Shown: piece after piece, positions 1 to 12,300 of the stretch
How the letters are laid out: every line of letters begins with the position of its first letter
How positions within the stretch are numbered: the stretch's first letter is position 1
DNA from: Macrostomum lignano
Taxonomy: Eukaryota
Length of the DNA stretch: 29,389 nt
Direction: 5' to 3'
Assembly: GCA_002269645.1 (NCBI GenBank)
Contig: NIVC01003538.1
Location: 62,863 to 92,251 of the forward strand
Made by a program: the position numbers and the translations under genes
The notes under the pieces: generated by a model
Told to the model about the DNA's origin: nothing
Databases searched by the model: none
What the model saw: only the letters and a program-made list of their open reading frames with translations

Positions 1-3000
1 TTCTTTTTTGTTTACCTTTTTAACTTATTAAGTTTAGGCATTGTCAAATCAAAAATCAGTTTGATATAGTTGCTAGTTTAGTATCAATAGCTCTGGGATC
101 ATTTGTCAATAAATTAACTATTTTAATTGCTAAATCTAGTTATTGTACTACTGACAGATAAACTAACTTTGATTAATTGTTTTTAATTCTTTTCTTATAC
201 GGCCAATCAGCAGTCTTATGTGTTTTTGTTTTACAACTCGCTTGCGATTTATTAATACGTTTTTTTCAATAACGATGATAATGACAATAATAGTAATAAT
301 AATAGTAATAACGCCTATCTGTAAGTGCGCTACAGTCAGAGTGGGCCCGCAGTCTAAATTATTGTATTTAGTTTACTCTGCACACATATTGTAGTACTGT
401 ATATATATTATTTATGTATGCATATATATATGATCGAGTGATGTTCTCCCGTGGCTCTCGTTTTCTCTATTCTCTCAGCTTACTGACCTTCTAATAACTA
501 AATCTAACCCATCACTATTTCGTTGCAGCTGTTGTACTAAAAGGGATTATATTGGGCTTATAGGCTTCTCTCTCTATCCCCGGCTATATTTTGGTTTCAC
601 TTTATCAGCTCCCGAATTCTCGTCTCAAACCGCAAATTGCTCGCTTGCTGACTGTCGGGGGTTTTGTACTTGTTTGCTTTTTCCACGCACCGATATATGT
701 ATGTATGTTTATGCATAACCCGGCATGGCCACACCCACTCCCTGCTGCTTTACCTCTCCCCTCTCTTATCGTCCGCCACGCATGTCTGCTGCACTTTGCG
801 TCGTCTCGGGATCTGATGCTCTCTCTCACTCACTCCTTGTTTAGCGCACTGCTGGGAGAAGTTGACTCTCTTCCCTTCTTACCCTCTTTAGCTGAGTGAC
901 GGCTCATTTCTCCCATTCCTCCTCATTTTTCAGTTACTAAAATAAAGCCCTCCTCTCGATCCCCTTGCCGTCTCGTCCCAGGCCGAGTCAGTAGCTATTA
1001 TACATAACAAAAAAGAACCGCACTAATACCGCTTGAAAAAAAGTACTTCTCGCCCTTCCTAACTGGCCTGGTTGTGCTTTTTATGCGTCTCTTTTGCGGC
1101 GACCGTGCAACCCCTCTACCCCCTTGTCTTGTATTTTTTCTCTATTGAGGCTAAATAAAGTCAAAGTGCAGAGTTTCAAACAGCCCAGCGCACTGGGCTG
1201 AAATATGGATTGCTAGGTATATCTAGGTCTGCTATTGTGGCCCAAACTGTCTCAGATAGATATGAAAATAGAAAAATAGATATTGGCTAGGACTATTGCT
1301 ATACCCTACTTTAACTAAGTAGTCTAGTTAGAAAATTTTCTTAAATTTCTCGTTTATTTATTATCAGCGCACACTCCAATATTGTTGTTTGGCTTAACCT
1401 TGCCAATTTTTACTGGTAAATTAATTGTAATTATAGCCCTAATGCCGTTTAATTTAAAATCAATGCTTAATACATTAGTTACAATATTTAATATGGTAAA
1501 AACTGTATTTTTGTGCTGCATTTTCCCTTTGCCCGATTTCAATTTTGGTGACTCCGAGTTTCTCGCGAACTTAATTTGTAAATGTTTTACTTATTAGTTG
1601 CTTTCCTGTCCAAAGTCCGGCTGTCTCTCTTCACTTTAATGTGCGCATAATGCGAACTGTATCAGCGACAGGCTGCACCCGAGTTGATTAGTATATATCC
1701 AACTTATATCGATTTTGCATCTGCTTTTAAATTATTCACTAATTCAATGTGTCGCCGTTTTACGAGACTTATAGTAGCCCCTTCCGCCTCGCTGTGTTGC
1801 ATAAGTTCTTGCGGAATTTCACACAGGCGTTATTGACGTTGCATTTTTTACGAGCATCCACTGTTCATAAAACGTTTGTGTTGCGCATCCTTGCTTTGCA
1901 ACCTGTGTCGCGCACCTGTTCAATATCTTTCGGACTTTTTCATAAGCCCCCCCCGTCTCCTGCGCACCACCCCCGGCGTTGAACAGCCCCCAACTCCGCA
2001 ACAAGTCACTTTGATGTTATTTGATGCAAGCTTTTGTGCTCTGTTCTGTCCTGACCCGTTCCCTTTCAAGTTGTGTTTGGCGACTGTGTAAAAAAATATA
2101 ACACTTGGCGTGCTGTATTCAGCCCTTGTTGAATACTCGATTGGCTGCCTGTTGTGAGGGCTTTGCTTTCTCTTTTGTGTCTGTCGCTCTGTTTGAAAAT
2201 TTAAATATTTGCACTAATGATTTTATGACTTAAACATTCTTTATCGCCGATTATTAGTCATTACGCTCGTATTAGTTACACATTAATTACCTTTCTGCCG
2301 CTTTAGAGCGGAGAAACACAGGCACACAAAATTTAACAGTAATGGAGAATTTTCTGTTGTGCACCTCTTGAACAGAAGTCGGCTTCTGTTGTGCCAGCGT
2401 TTCAGAATCTTAATATATTCGACGTATAACGACGACTTGATATTGCTACTGTTATAAAATGCACCACTACTGGAGGCTATTAAAGTAGGCTCATGAACGC
2501 CAACAGTCGGCCTCTTGCATTTAACTCACATAAAAGGGGCCTTCGTGTTGTACATGATGGCATGAGCGCATACTTTGTCCTTCAACTTATTTTGCAGTTC
2601 TACTCATACTAAATGTCGAAACAAAAGTTAGTCAGTAAACAGATCTTTTTAAAACGGTTTTGTGGCAACGTGCTTTGCTTTTTATATTCGATTTTTAGTA
2701 TACAGTATGAAAAATTATGCATTTTCTGTTGAATTCTACATGTACATAAGCAGCAAATAAAGTAAAATTCAGCGTCCGTGGCTTAATTTAACCTGCCAAG
2801 TACCTGTTGCATATAATTGCCGCACACGTGTTCCGCTTGTGTGTTATGCATTTTTGCTCGGGTACAGTAGCGTTGCGTAACCGAAGTACTTCAGCTATCC
2901 ATGAGCGTAATTATTATATTGTTCGAGAATACACTCACGGCGTGCCTTTTTGCTTCGGTACACTTGTATTTTGCACGCAGTCAGTTTCTTTAGACAAATA

Positions 3001-3221
3001 GACACGGTTTAAGCTAGAGGCGCAGTCGCCTTCTAATAGGGGAAACGAGGATTATATCCCCAATTTTCGGGAAAAAAAACTATTTTTGTCATGTTACCGC
3101 TTATGTCCTTTTCTGCCTAAGAAAGTTTAGTTTCTCTTTATTAAATGTGATTTTAAAATCAAGCCCTTTTCTGATTGAATGAGTTATACCACTTAATAGC
3201 TAATTTATAATAAATATAATT

Positions 3222-4700
3222 GATGGGTTTCGACCTTCGGGTCCCTTGTTAGGGAACCTTCGGGCCTCAGGCCTCAGAAATAAATCAATTAGTGTCCTGG
3301 CCCCCCACTCCTGTCAGATGGTCAGCCCCATGGTAGCTTGATCGTGTGGCGAGCAGTCTAGGTCCTATAGCTAAGAGAGGGACAGCGAGAGACAAGCAGG
3401 GAGAATTTTGAAGGTAGAAATTAGCTAATCCGCAGACTAAGCTAACTCGCTGCCACCAGCCCGTACGTCCTGGCTCACCACACCGGGACTCTCGAAATCG
3501 GGCTTCCGACTACTTACCTGCCAACTAGTGTCTTTTTGCTGTCTATCTCGAAGTCATAGCCGATGATAAGGGACACTGCTGGGACTAGATCGCATTGGCC
3601 ATGCAGGTACAGAGGGGACTTGTGCAGGGGATTCTTGCAGTGGCGAGTCTATGGGGTAGCTACATGTACTATTACATTGCTAAATACGAAGATTTGTACT
3701 TTTGGCCTTCAACGCGCCAATTAGCCTCTCATAGCGCTGATGATAGAATAACTCGAACTTCAGAGACCGCATGATTCATTACCCGAGCCGCTTGGCTAAC
3801 CTAGAGTGCGCAAAGTACATTTCTGGCGCCGATTCTGCACTTCTGGCAGTTTTGCTCACTGATTTGATAGATTGATCGACTGAGAACCACCTTGCCATTG
3901 GTCCACTGTGACCGGCGCCTACTAGCTTAGCTACTCATCTGAGCCATCGGCGAACAAAGAAACAAAACCGATAAAAATAACTGTTAGATTTAACCTTCTC
4001 CTTGATCACTTCACACTTCAGATTGAATTGGAGTTTAGACTACTAGCAGTATTATTGAATGACTTCTGCCTCAGTAACAGCACTACTGAACAAAATGAGC
4101 AAAAGTGTGCGCCTAATTCAGCTACTGAAACAGGGGACAGATAGGGGATCACCCAATCAAGCAAGTCTAGGTAGCCTGTCACCCAACCAATCAGAAACTC
4201 AACAGCCGGAGACCAGGTAATCCACAGTGACCGAATCGGCTTGATGCTTCGCAGCTGTAGACTCGGGATGATGCTGTCACGATCTTCGCTGTTAGCTAGC
4301 AGGTGATGCTCTTCACTTGATGTTCGCTGCTGATGACCGGGGGACTCGTCCTTGATGATGATGGGGGGGGGAAGTCGCAATCCGGGGATCAAGAAACGAC
4401 GGTCAGGCTCCGGGAGGTCTCTAGCTAGGCCAAGTTCCCAGGAGGTGGGCGCAAGTTCCTAGTCAGTTACAGTCCGAGCGGGCCAAAAACTCCGGTTTAA
4501 ATAGCCGCCAACTGGACCGCAGTTTGTTATAATGGAACACGTCGATTCTGATTGGCTGAGCCGTTTTGTTAAAATGAGCGTCGAATTTTCTGATTGGCTA
4601 AGCTTGTTGCTACCCAGAATCACGTGACCGAGAGATCCTATCAGTTCCCACAGGGTCGTAAAAAGATGACAGGTGCGGCCATAAATCACTCAAAATCGCA
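3222..4700 (-). mobile_element. Probable decayed transposable element, unclassified
   Basis: Block richer in GC than its flanks, with the promoter-like cluster at the right end, only short broken ORFs, and a structured hammerhead-like remnant at the left end. No RT, integrase or transposase motif seen. Confidence 0.3.
4496..4627 (-). promoter_or_regulatory. Candidate Pol II promoter facing leftwards
   Basis: On the minus strand in order: E-box TCACGTGA (4620-4627), two CCAAT boxes in a duplicated context (ATTGG at 4593 and 4551), TATA-like CTATTTAAA (4504-4496). Confidence 0.45.
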
Positions 4701-7700
4701 ATAAAATGATTTATGACTTTTCGCGTAGGATTGACAGAAATTAATGAAAAAATATACATTAGAAAGCTCTTATTAAATAGAAAGTGAAGATAATGAAGAG
4801 AAATCGCTAATCGCTAATCCCAAAGTACTTTTAGGAGTAAAACGCATAGCTGTCAAAGCTGTCACACGCTTGAGTGAACCCGAACAATAGGCTCTGACCT
4901 CATAAATCTTGATGGCCTGTCAAAATGATGAGAAAAAAGCTACCGCCCGCATCCTCTCAGACCATCTGGCGCCCGTCTCAACACTGAGTGAGGCGCAGGT
5001 GGCTGTCAGACCAGCTTCGAAAGCGATGATTTATGACCCAAAAAGCAATGCCTATGTTATTATGACTACTAGTATGGCCAGACATTATATCTAGTAGATT
5101 CTATGACAATTTGCAGAAAAAGGATAAAAATGCCCATTGCCCACTGTCAGTAGGCTAGTAAGTTTAGAGCCCATGTGCTGGCGCGGGATTTGGGAAAAAG
5201 TGCGTCCTCATCATAATTTCCAACTGCGCTACAGCTGTATTTATCTGTAGCGTATAGGTAGAAAGATTTGGAATTGGGTGGAATAACTCAGGTTGAAAGG
5301 ATGTGAAAGCTCAAAATTTATAAAATATTAAGTAGAAAGTTTTTTGTTAAAAACCAATTCCAATCTTTTCTCCAGATAGCATGACCATGATAACCACTCC
5401 AACGGTTTGCTTTTTGTCTACATTTATTCGTACTGACTTAAACAAATATTCATAGGTTATACCAACTTTTTGCATTAAATTATAAACTCAGCCCTAAAAA
5501 TAAAAATAAAAAAGTATAAGTACCGAATTTTCTTTGGAAAATTTTTTTTATATTTAATGTTGCGTAAGTCAGCAAAATTTCCTAATGTGTCCGCTTACCG
5601 TACACAGAACCTACAAACTTCTTTTAGTTTGTTGTCATGTGAAAAGATACGTATATGTGCTTTTATAGTTCTATTGTACTATATGTCGCAATCTTCGAAT
5701 CAATCCTAATGTTTATCTTTACCCCTGAGTCTCCAGGGTAGTTTAAACCACAACGGTTGCATTACTTGTCCCCCCCCCTGAGTCCTGACCCTGATCTTGT
5801 ATTAGACTCAACGCATAGCATAGGCGGCATAGCTAAGGCAACAGCTTCCTTAACCCCTGTGGTTGAGTGACTTAGTGACATTGTTGAGGCCTAATTTTCT
5901 TATTCAGCATTTAAAGACGTTTGTATTTTTGCTGTCAGTCTAGCTTCTTTCTTGGTGGTTGTAGTTAGGGCTTATTTAGCTTCTTTCAATTCAAGATCAT
6001 TTTATTAATATTAGGCCCTAGCCTACTAGGCACACAGGCCTAATACACTAATATTAATTAATAAACCTAATATCAATAAATCTTCCAACAAGAAACTGAA
6101 GAAACAATTTTTCAGGTATGTTAGGCCTAATTGAGACTGGCTTATGCTATGGCCATGGGCTACAATTAAAAAATTGATTTGCAACTATGACATGTTTAAA
6201 ATCTTAAATCATAGAATAAACTTCAAGTCTAGCTATTATACATTATACTAGTTACTATTACTAAGCAATGTGATTTCTATTCCATACTCCAGATCATATA
6301 GACCTAGTAGTATAGGCCTATGCCCAAAAATTTTCTGCTATAAATTAGGCCCTATATCGCTAAAAAGCAAAAAATCAACCAAACTATCTGCCAAAAAGGT
6401 TCTCTTATATAATACAAAAAGGTCATTTATTTTCACAATGTAAAAAGGGTCATTTATTGTTATAACACTAAGTATAGTTTTAGGAATAGGCATGCATTCA
6501 ATTTTTTGACATGCATTTGTAATTATTCAATTTTTTTGGTTGTGCATCTAGCATGATCTAGACTAGGGTTTCTATTGTAGGCTTAGGCTAGGCCATGGTC
6601 ATTATATTTAAAGTTCTACTAATTGTTATAACTAAATTTTCCCTATATCTATAGACTATATCTATAGCCATGTAAGCCACTAGGGTCTAGATCATATAAT
6701 AGTGTATGCTGGAACAAGAATCCTATCCATATACTAAAAATGAAAATCTTGTATGTTTGTACAAAATCGATTTTCTCCTGAATGGCTTGTCTTAGCTAAA
6801 TGTATACTAGTGTATGCCAAAAGCAAAAAAAATTCCTAAAATATATACCAAAAATTCTACCTTAAAAAGTCATTCAGTTTTCACAAGTAGAGTAAAGGCT
6901 TTTGTATGAAGTCTTTTTAAAATATTACAAATGTTTTAATTTCATACAAACCTAAATTAAACCTAGAGAAATTATAAAGCAAAATTTACATTCTTAGCAA
7001 TCATTTATATTAATTTTATTTATTGTTAATTTTAAAGAAGCAAAAAGTTTTATCACTGACTTTTTAGACTATATAAATTTGATTTTATTTTATGTAAAAA
7101 TGGGTATTTACATTACAATTTTCATGCATAGCATGAATTTTTTCACCAAAATTGGTATACCAAAAAATTGGCATCTATTTGTGTGCCAAAATTTGTATTT
7201 CAAAATTTGTATACCAACTTTGAAAGGGGTCATTTGTATGCCAGAATTTTCTGACATACATGTTACCTTCCAGAGTCTAGTATAGCCATATCTTGAAAAC
7301 TTTCCCATAGCCTATTTGCATTTGTATCCATAGGCCTATCTATAGCTAGTAAACTTTTTGTAACTTATATTTATATAATACTATGACTTAGACCCTAATA
7401 AATGCTTTGAAGAGACAGCTAGATACTGCACATATAGCTATTTTACATGGGATATTTGGAGTATATACATAAATGTGCAACCTCCAAAGTTTGGTTGGCC
7501 ATGTGACTTAGTTTTAACAAAAATGCGACATAGTTTTGGGCCAAAAATGCAACTTACCTATAAAAGAAACTAAAGCAAACTAAATATAATTTTGGGTAAA
7601 CGGCAAGAGTAACTATTACTATTCTATTAAGGCTAACTGCCTCATCATCTGATTAGTACTATATCTATATTCCTACTAGTGGGTATTTTTGTGACTTACT

Positions 7701-7771
7701 TTGGTTGGCCGAATGTTGCGCATATATGAGTAAATAGCAGTTTAGATAGTGAGACCAATGCTATACTCTAT

Positions 7772-7963
7772 CAGTGGTTCTTAACCTGTAGGTTGCAATC
7801 CCCAGTGGGGTCACATGACCATTTTCTAGGGGTTGAAGCACTAAGAAATATGTGAATATGTCATACTTAATGATGCATTATATTGATTATTAAGGGGTCA
7901 TAAACATAAAAAATGATGCAAGTGAATAAACTAGGGTCACCTGAAAAAGGGGTTGAGAACTGC
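7772..7963. mobile_element. hAT-type non-autonomous element (MITE)
   Basis: Left TIR CAGTGGTTCTTAACC, right GGTTGAGAACTG; 8-bp TSD-like pair TACTCTAT (7764-7771) / TATTCTAT (7964-7971). Confidence 0.72.
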
Positions 7964-8132
7964 TATTCTATATATAAGGATGCACCTGATATAGCCTTCT
8001 AACCTATTGCATAGGCAACAACTTTGACTTGTTGGCCAAGTAATCTAGTTATAGGTCTCTTGCCCTGAACTACTATATAAAGTGCTGTTGCTTAAGCAGT
8101 AAGGACTACATAGGCAAGGCCAAGGATAAACA

Positions 8133-8345
8133 TCCTCTCTTCAGTGCCTTCTTTCTTCTTTCCTCTCTTTCTCTGCCTTTTTTTCTTTTCTTCCTCACCT
8201 CTCTTCCCCTTTCCCTTCTCTTCTTTCCCTCTCTTTTCTTTCTCTTCTTTCTTTTCTCTTCTTTTCCTTTTCTTACTACTTTCTCCCTCTTTCCTCTCCT
8301 TTTCTCCTCTTCCCCTCTCTTCTGTCTCCTTTTCTTGCTCCTTTT
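8133..8345 (+). repeat. CT-rich low-complexity tract
   Basis: Almost purely pyrimidine on the + strand. Confidence 0.9.
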
Positions 8346-8489
8346 TATGTATTGTTTAAGTAACTAAAGTAACACAATTTCTAATTCTTACTAAGATCTT
8401 CTGCAAGGGCAATGGCCTACTCAGCAATTGGTTTCCAAGAAGCTTCCTTTGTAATTTAGCCTTCTTTGATAATGGTAACTTAAGCTTCA

Positions 8490-8940
8490 CCATCCCAATC
8501 ACAATGTGCATATGGTGTCAAAAATATTGTTTGAGTCCCTGACCTCAGGGACTTAAGAGCTCCCTTTGTATTAAAATTGAAAACTATCTTAATTTTAACC
8601 CCCTTATTCCAACCTCAATGTATGTGTAGTGTCAAAAATTTTTGTCTTTGTAGCTTGAGTTCCCAATTCTAAGGACTTAAGAGCTCCCCTCACATTAAAA
8701 GTGAAAACATTCATCTTAAATTTAGCCCCCAACATCCTACCCCATCCTAGTCCCCAAGCCCAGGGACTTAAGAGCTCTATTGCATTGAAAGTGAAAGCAT
8801 TTTCATCTCTTAACATTAGCCCCTAAGCCTTAACCACCCAACCACAACATGTATATGGTATCAAAACTCAGTTGCTAAGTCCCCAAATCCATGCAAGGAC
8901 TTAAGAGCTCCCCTTTGAAAGTAAAATAATTTATATTAAC
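8490..8940 (+). repeat. Degenerate tandem repeat, about 90-130 bp period, about 4 copies
   Basis: GGACTTAAGAGCTC at 8549, 8673, 8764 and 8897, each followed by a similar AAAxTGAAA and TTAACCCC-like context. Confidence 0.8.
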
Positions 8941-9313
8941 TACTTAACTATTAATGTTAGGCGCCTAACCTTTACTACCCAACCATAATATGGAGATGGC
9001 TTTTAGACCATCTTAAGGTGTTTAATTCATATATAATATATTATAATATATATTTTTGAATATTTATTAATCAAGTCTAATTTCTCTGAAAAGCCTGTTA
9101 TATTAGAATTATCTGGAATCAATGATGCAATTAATTATATTTTATTGGTGTTCCACTCGAATGATTTACCACTGACAAACTATTTTTAAATAGCAAAGCT
9201 ATTCAACTGTTCAAACTAAGACTATTGCAATATAATGGAAAAAGCGTCAAAAACAGGTTTTTTCTATAGTTACAGCCATAATTAATTTTATTAAATATGT
9301 TTCCTAACAGTCC

Positions 9314-12300
9314 ATGCGACCGCCGCAGTCAGCTGAACCAGTGCCCGCCACAATGCCTGCCGCTCCTAACCAACTAGACCAGCTGGATAGCACTTCGGCG
9401 CCCCAGCAGCAACAGCCAGTCCTATTGCATCAGCGAGACTTTGAAAAAGTACGCCGACTCGGCCTGGGCAAGTATGCTCGAGTGTACGTCTGCAGGCGGG
9501 CACCTGTGAATGGCGAGCAGCAGGCTAGGAGTTCGCTATGAAGGAGGTCCGCATGAACACCGGCTGTCACAATGAGTACCTGATGCGGGAGAGGGACCTG
9601 CTCATACTATGCTCCGAGTCGCCATTTATTGTTAACCTGATGTGCACATTCCAGGTGAGTTTTAACAGCTGAAAAACTAGCTTTTATTATTTTGATTAGA
9701 GGCAGGGGTTGTGTGCACCCTGGCGCACTTTAAGCGACATTGTCGCACAACCGGCGAGAGGCATTACTCTGCCCATTCCGCCTGACTCCCCTGAGCAGGC
9801 ACACACTCACACAGGAGTGTACAGCGGCCCTACTACACTTCACTGTCCCTCGGGTGTTGGCTCTTGTAGTGCATCAAGGACGTTAATTTTTGCAGATTTA
9901 AGTCAATATTCCAGTTCAGCCCGAACTTAATGTGACTGCACTAGGAATCGAGCCTGGGCCGCTGGCACATCAGAGCGCCGCGCTGGACCACTTGGATACG
10001 GCCTCCTTACATTCCCAGCTACAGCGGGGTTCCCCAGCTACAGCTACAGGGGTTCCTGCTCAGTTACAGCGGGGTTCCCAGCTGCCTCAGGTACAGAGGG
10101 GTTCCCCAGCAAGCTACACAGCAGAGGGATTCCCAGCTGCCCTACTGACAGTAATGAATGTGTTCAGTGCAGACGACCCTATCAGCCTATCTGATCCTGC
10201 ATGCGGCGGCGTATCTGCACGAGGACGCTTATTCAACGAGCAGGATGGGCCGAGATCAGAGTGCACGAGCGCTTCGCCGTGAAAGGTGCCCCGTCAACTG
10301 AATTGGCGCCCCCCTCAACTGAATTGGCGCCCCCCTCAACTGAATTGGCGCCCCCTCAACTGAATTGGCGCCCCCTCAACTGAATTGGCGCCCCCTCAAC
10401 TGAATTGGCGCCCCCCTCAACTGAATTGGCGCCCCCTCAACTAAAGTGGCACCCCCTCAACTAAATTGGCGCCCCCTCAACTGAATTGGCGCCCCCCTCA
10501 ACTGAATTGGCGCCCCCTCAACTAAAGTGGCACCCCCTCAACTGAATTGGCGCCCCCCTCAACTGAATTGGCGCCCCCCTCAACTGAATTGGCGCCCCCC
10601 TTAAATGAATTGGCGCCCCCCTCAACTAAATTGGCACCCCCTCAAATGAATTGGCGCCCCTCAAATAAATTAGCGCCCCCTTAAAGTGGGCAAGAGTATC
10701 TGACACGCATCTTGGCGCTCCTTTATCCGAATTTTCGGCATCTAAGCAAAATTTAAATTATCAATTTGAATGGAAGGGCGTGAGCTTCTATGTGTGTACT
10801 CTATAGTAAGATTCGAGCCTAGGACCGCAGGACCGGTTTCTTTGAGTTCTAACTCTTCCTCAGCAGGTTTGAATCTCTGAGCCGCAAACTCACACGTTTT
10901 TTAAAATTTCTATATTTAGATGCCAGCTTGCAACCTATTTTCGCACGCTATAAGAGAATCAAATGGACTATCAATTACCGCTCTGCAGGAGGCTCAACGG
11001 CCCAGACGACCGGGCGCGTACATACTGCGGCACCCTGTCGTACATGTCGCCTGAGATGGTCCGGCGCCAGCGCTACGGAACCAAGACTGACATCTGGAGT
11101 CTGGGCGTGCTGCTCGCTTTTCTGGTCACCGGGGAGGAACCCATCATTGGTGAGCAGCTCTCTCTGTCGCCCTATTCCTCAATGTGTGCTGTCACTCCAG
11201 TCCCCAATGTGTGCTGTCACTCCAGTCCCCAATGTCTGCTGTCACTCCAGTCCCCAATGTGTGCTGTCACTCCAGTCCCCAGTGTCTGCTGTCACTCCAG
11301 TCCCCAATGTGTGCTGTCACTCCAGTCCCCAATGTCTGCTGTCACTCCAGTCCCCAATGTGTGCTGTCACTCCAATCCCCAGTGTCTGCTGTCACTCCAG
11401 TCCCCAATGTGTGCTGTCACTCCAGTCCCCAGTGTCTGCTGTCACTCCAGTCCCCAATGTGTGCTGTCACTCCAGTCCCCAATGTCTGCTGTCACTCCAG
11501 TCCCCAATGTGTGCTGTCACTCCAGTCCCCAATGTGTGCTGTCACTCCAGTCCCCAATGTCTGCTGTCACTCCAGTCCCCAATGTGTGCTGTCACTCCAA
11601 TCCCCAGTGTCTGCTGTCACTCCAGTCCCCAATGTGTGCTGTCACTCCAGTCCCCAGTGTCTGCTGTCACTCCAGTCCCCAATGTGTGCTGTCACTCCAG
11701 TCCCCAATGTCTGCTGTCACTCCAGTCCCCAATGTGTGCTGTCACTCCAGTCCCCAATGTGTGCTGTCACTCCAGTCCCCAATGTCTGCTGTCACTCCAG
11801 TCCCCAATGTGTGCTGTCACTCCAGTCCCCAATGTGTGCTGTCACTCCAGTCCCCAATGTGTGCTGTCACTCCAGTCCCCAGTGTCTGCTGTCACTCCAG
11901 TCCCCAGTGTCTGCTGTCACTCCAGTCCCCAATGTGTGCTGTCACTCCAGTCCACAATGTCCGCTATCAGCCATTTCTAATTCCCGCAGTTTTAGCACAA
12001 ACCCATGCCTAAACTTCACAAGTTCATTCTATTTAATCTGCTATTCATAATGTTCCCGCAGGCAACAACGAGGACGAGAAGCAGAGCAACATAATGAAAG
12101 GCCGCTATCACCTGTCCTGCATTGCTAAAATGTCCTACGCCTGCAAAAGCCTCATCTCCAACATGCTCAAAGCCAACCCGGACCAGCGGCCGACCGCAAC
12201 CGAGCTCAAAACGCGTCGATTTCTTAACAAACTCGACTGGACCGTCGTGGCCAGCGGCGGCCTGCAGCCGCCCTACCAGCCGCGCTACGGCAGAAAGTGT

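Noticed and set aside
439-1008. Solo LTR (TG..AATAAA..TAACA)
   Set aside because: No target-site duplication, PBS, PPT or second copy in the window; the motifs could be chance in AT-rich DNA.
4018-4392. 124-aa minus-strand ORF downstream of the promoter-like cluster
   Set aside because: Non-ATG start, no recognisable motif and no splice support; probably 5' non-coding or decayed TE sequence.
8144-8359. Phe/Ser/Leu-rich ORF suggesting a membrane peptide (also 19615-19806)
   Set aside because: Translation of CT-rich low-complexity DNA.
9935-10006. tRNA gene on the minus strand
   Set aside because: A- and B-box-like motifs are present but the acceptor stem does not pair, and it continues into a body and A-rich tail, which fits a SINE.
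10928-12050. Three long Cys-rich ORFs (350, 349 and 288 aa) resembling keratin-associated or metallothionein-like proteins
   Set aside because: They are the three frames of a stop-free 25-bp minisatellite inside kinase intron 3 (donor 11150, acceptor 12061). Only 10989-11149 is real exon.
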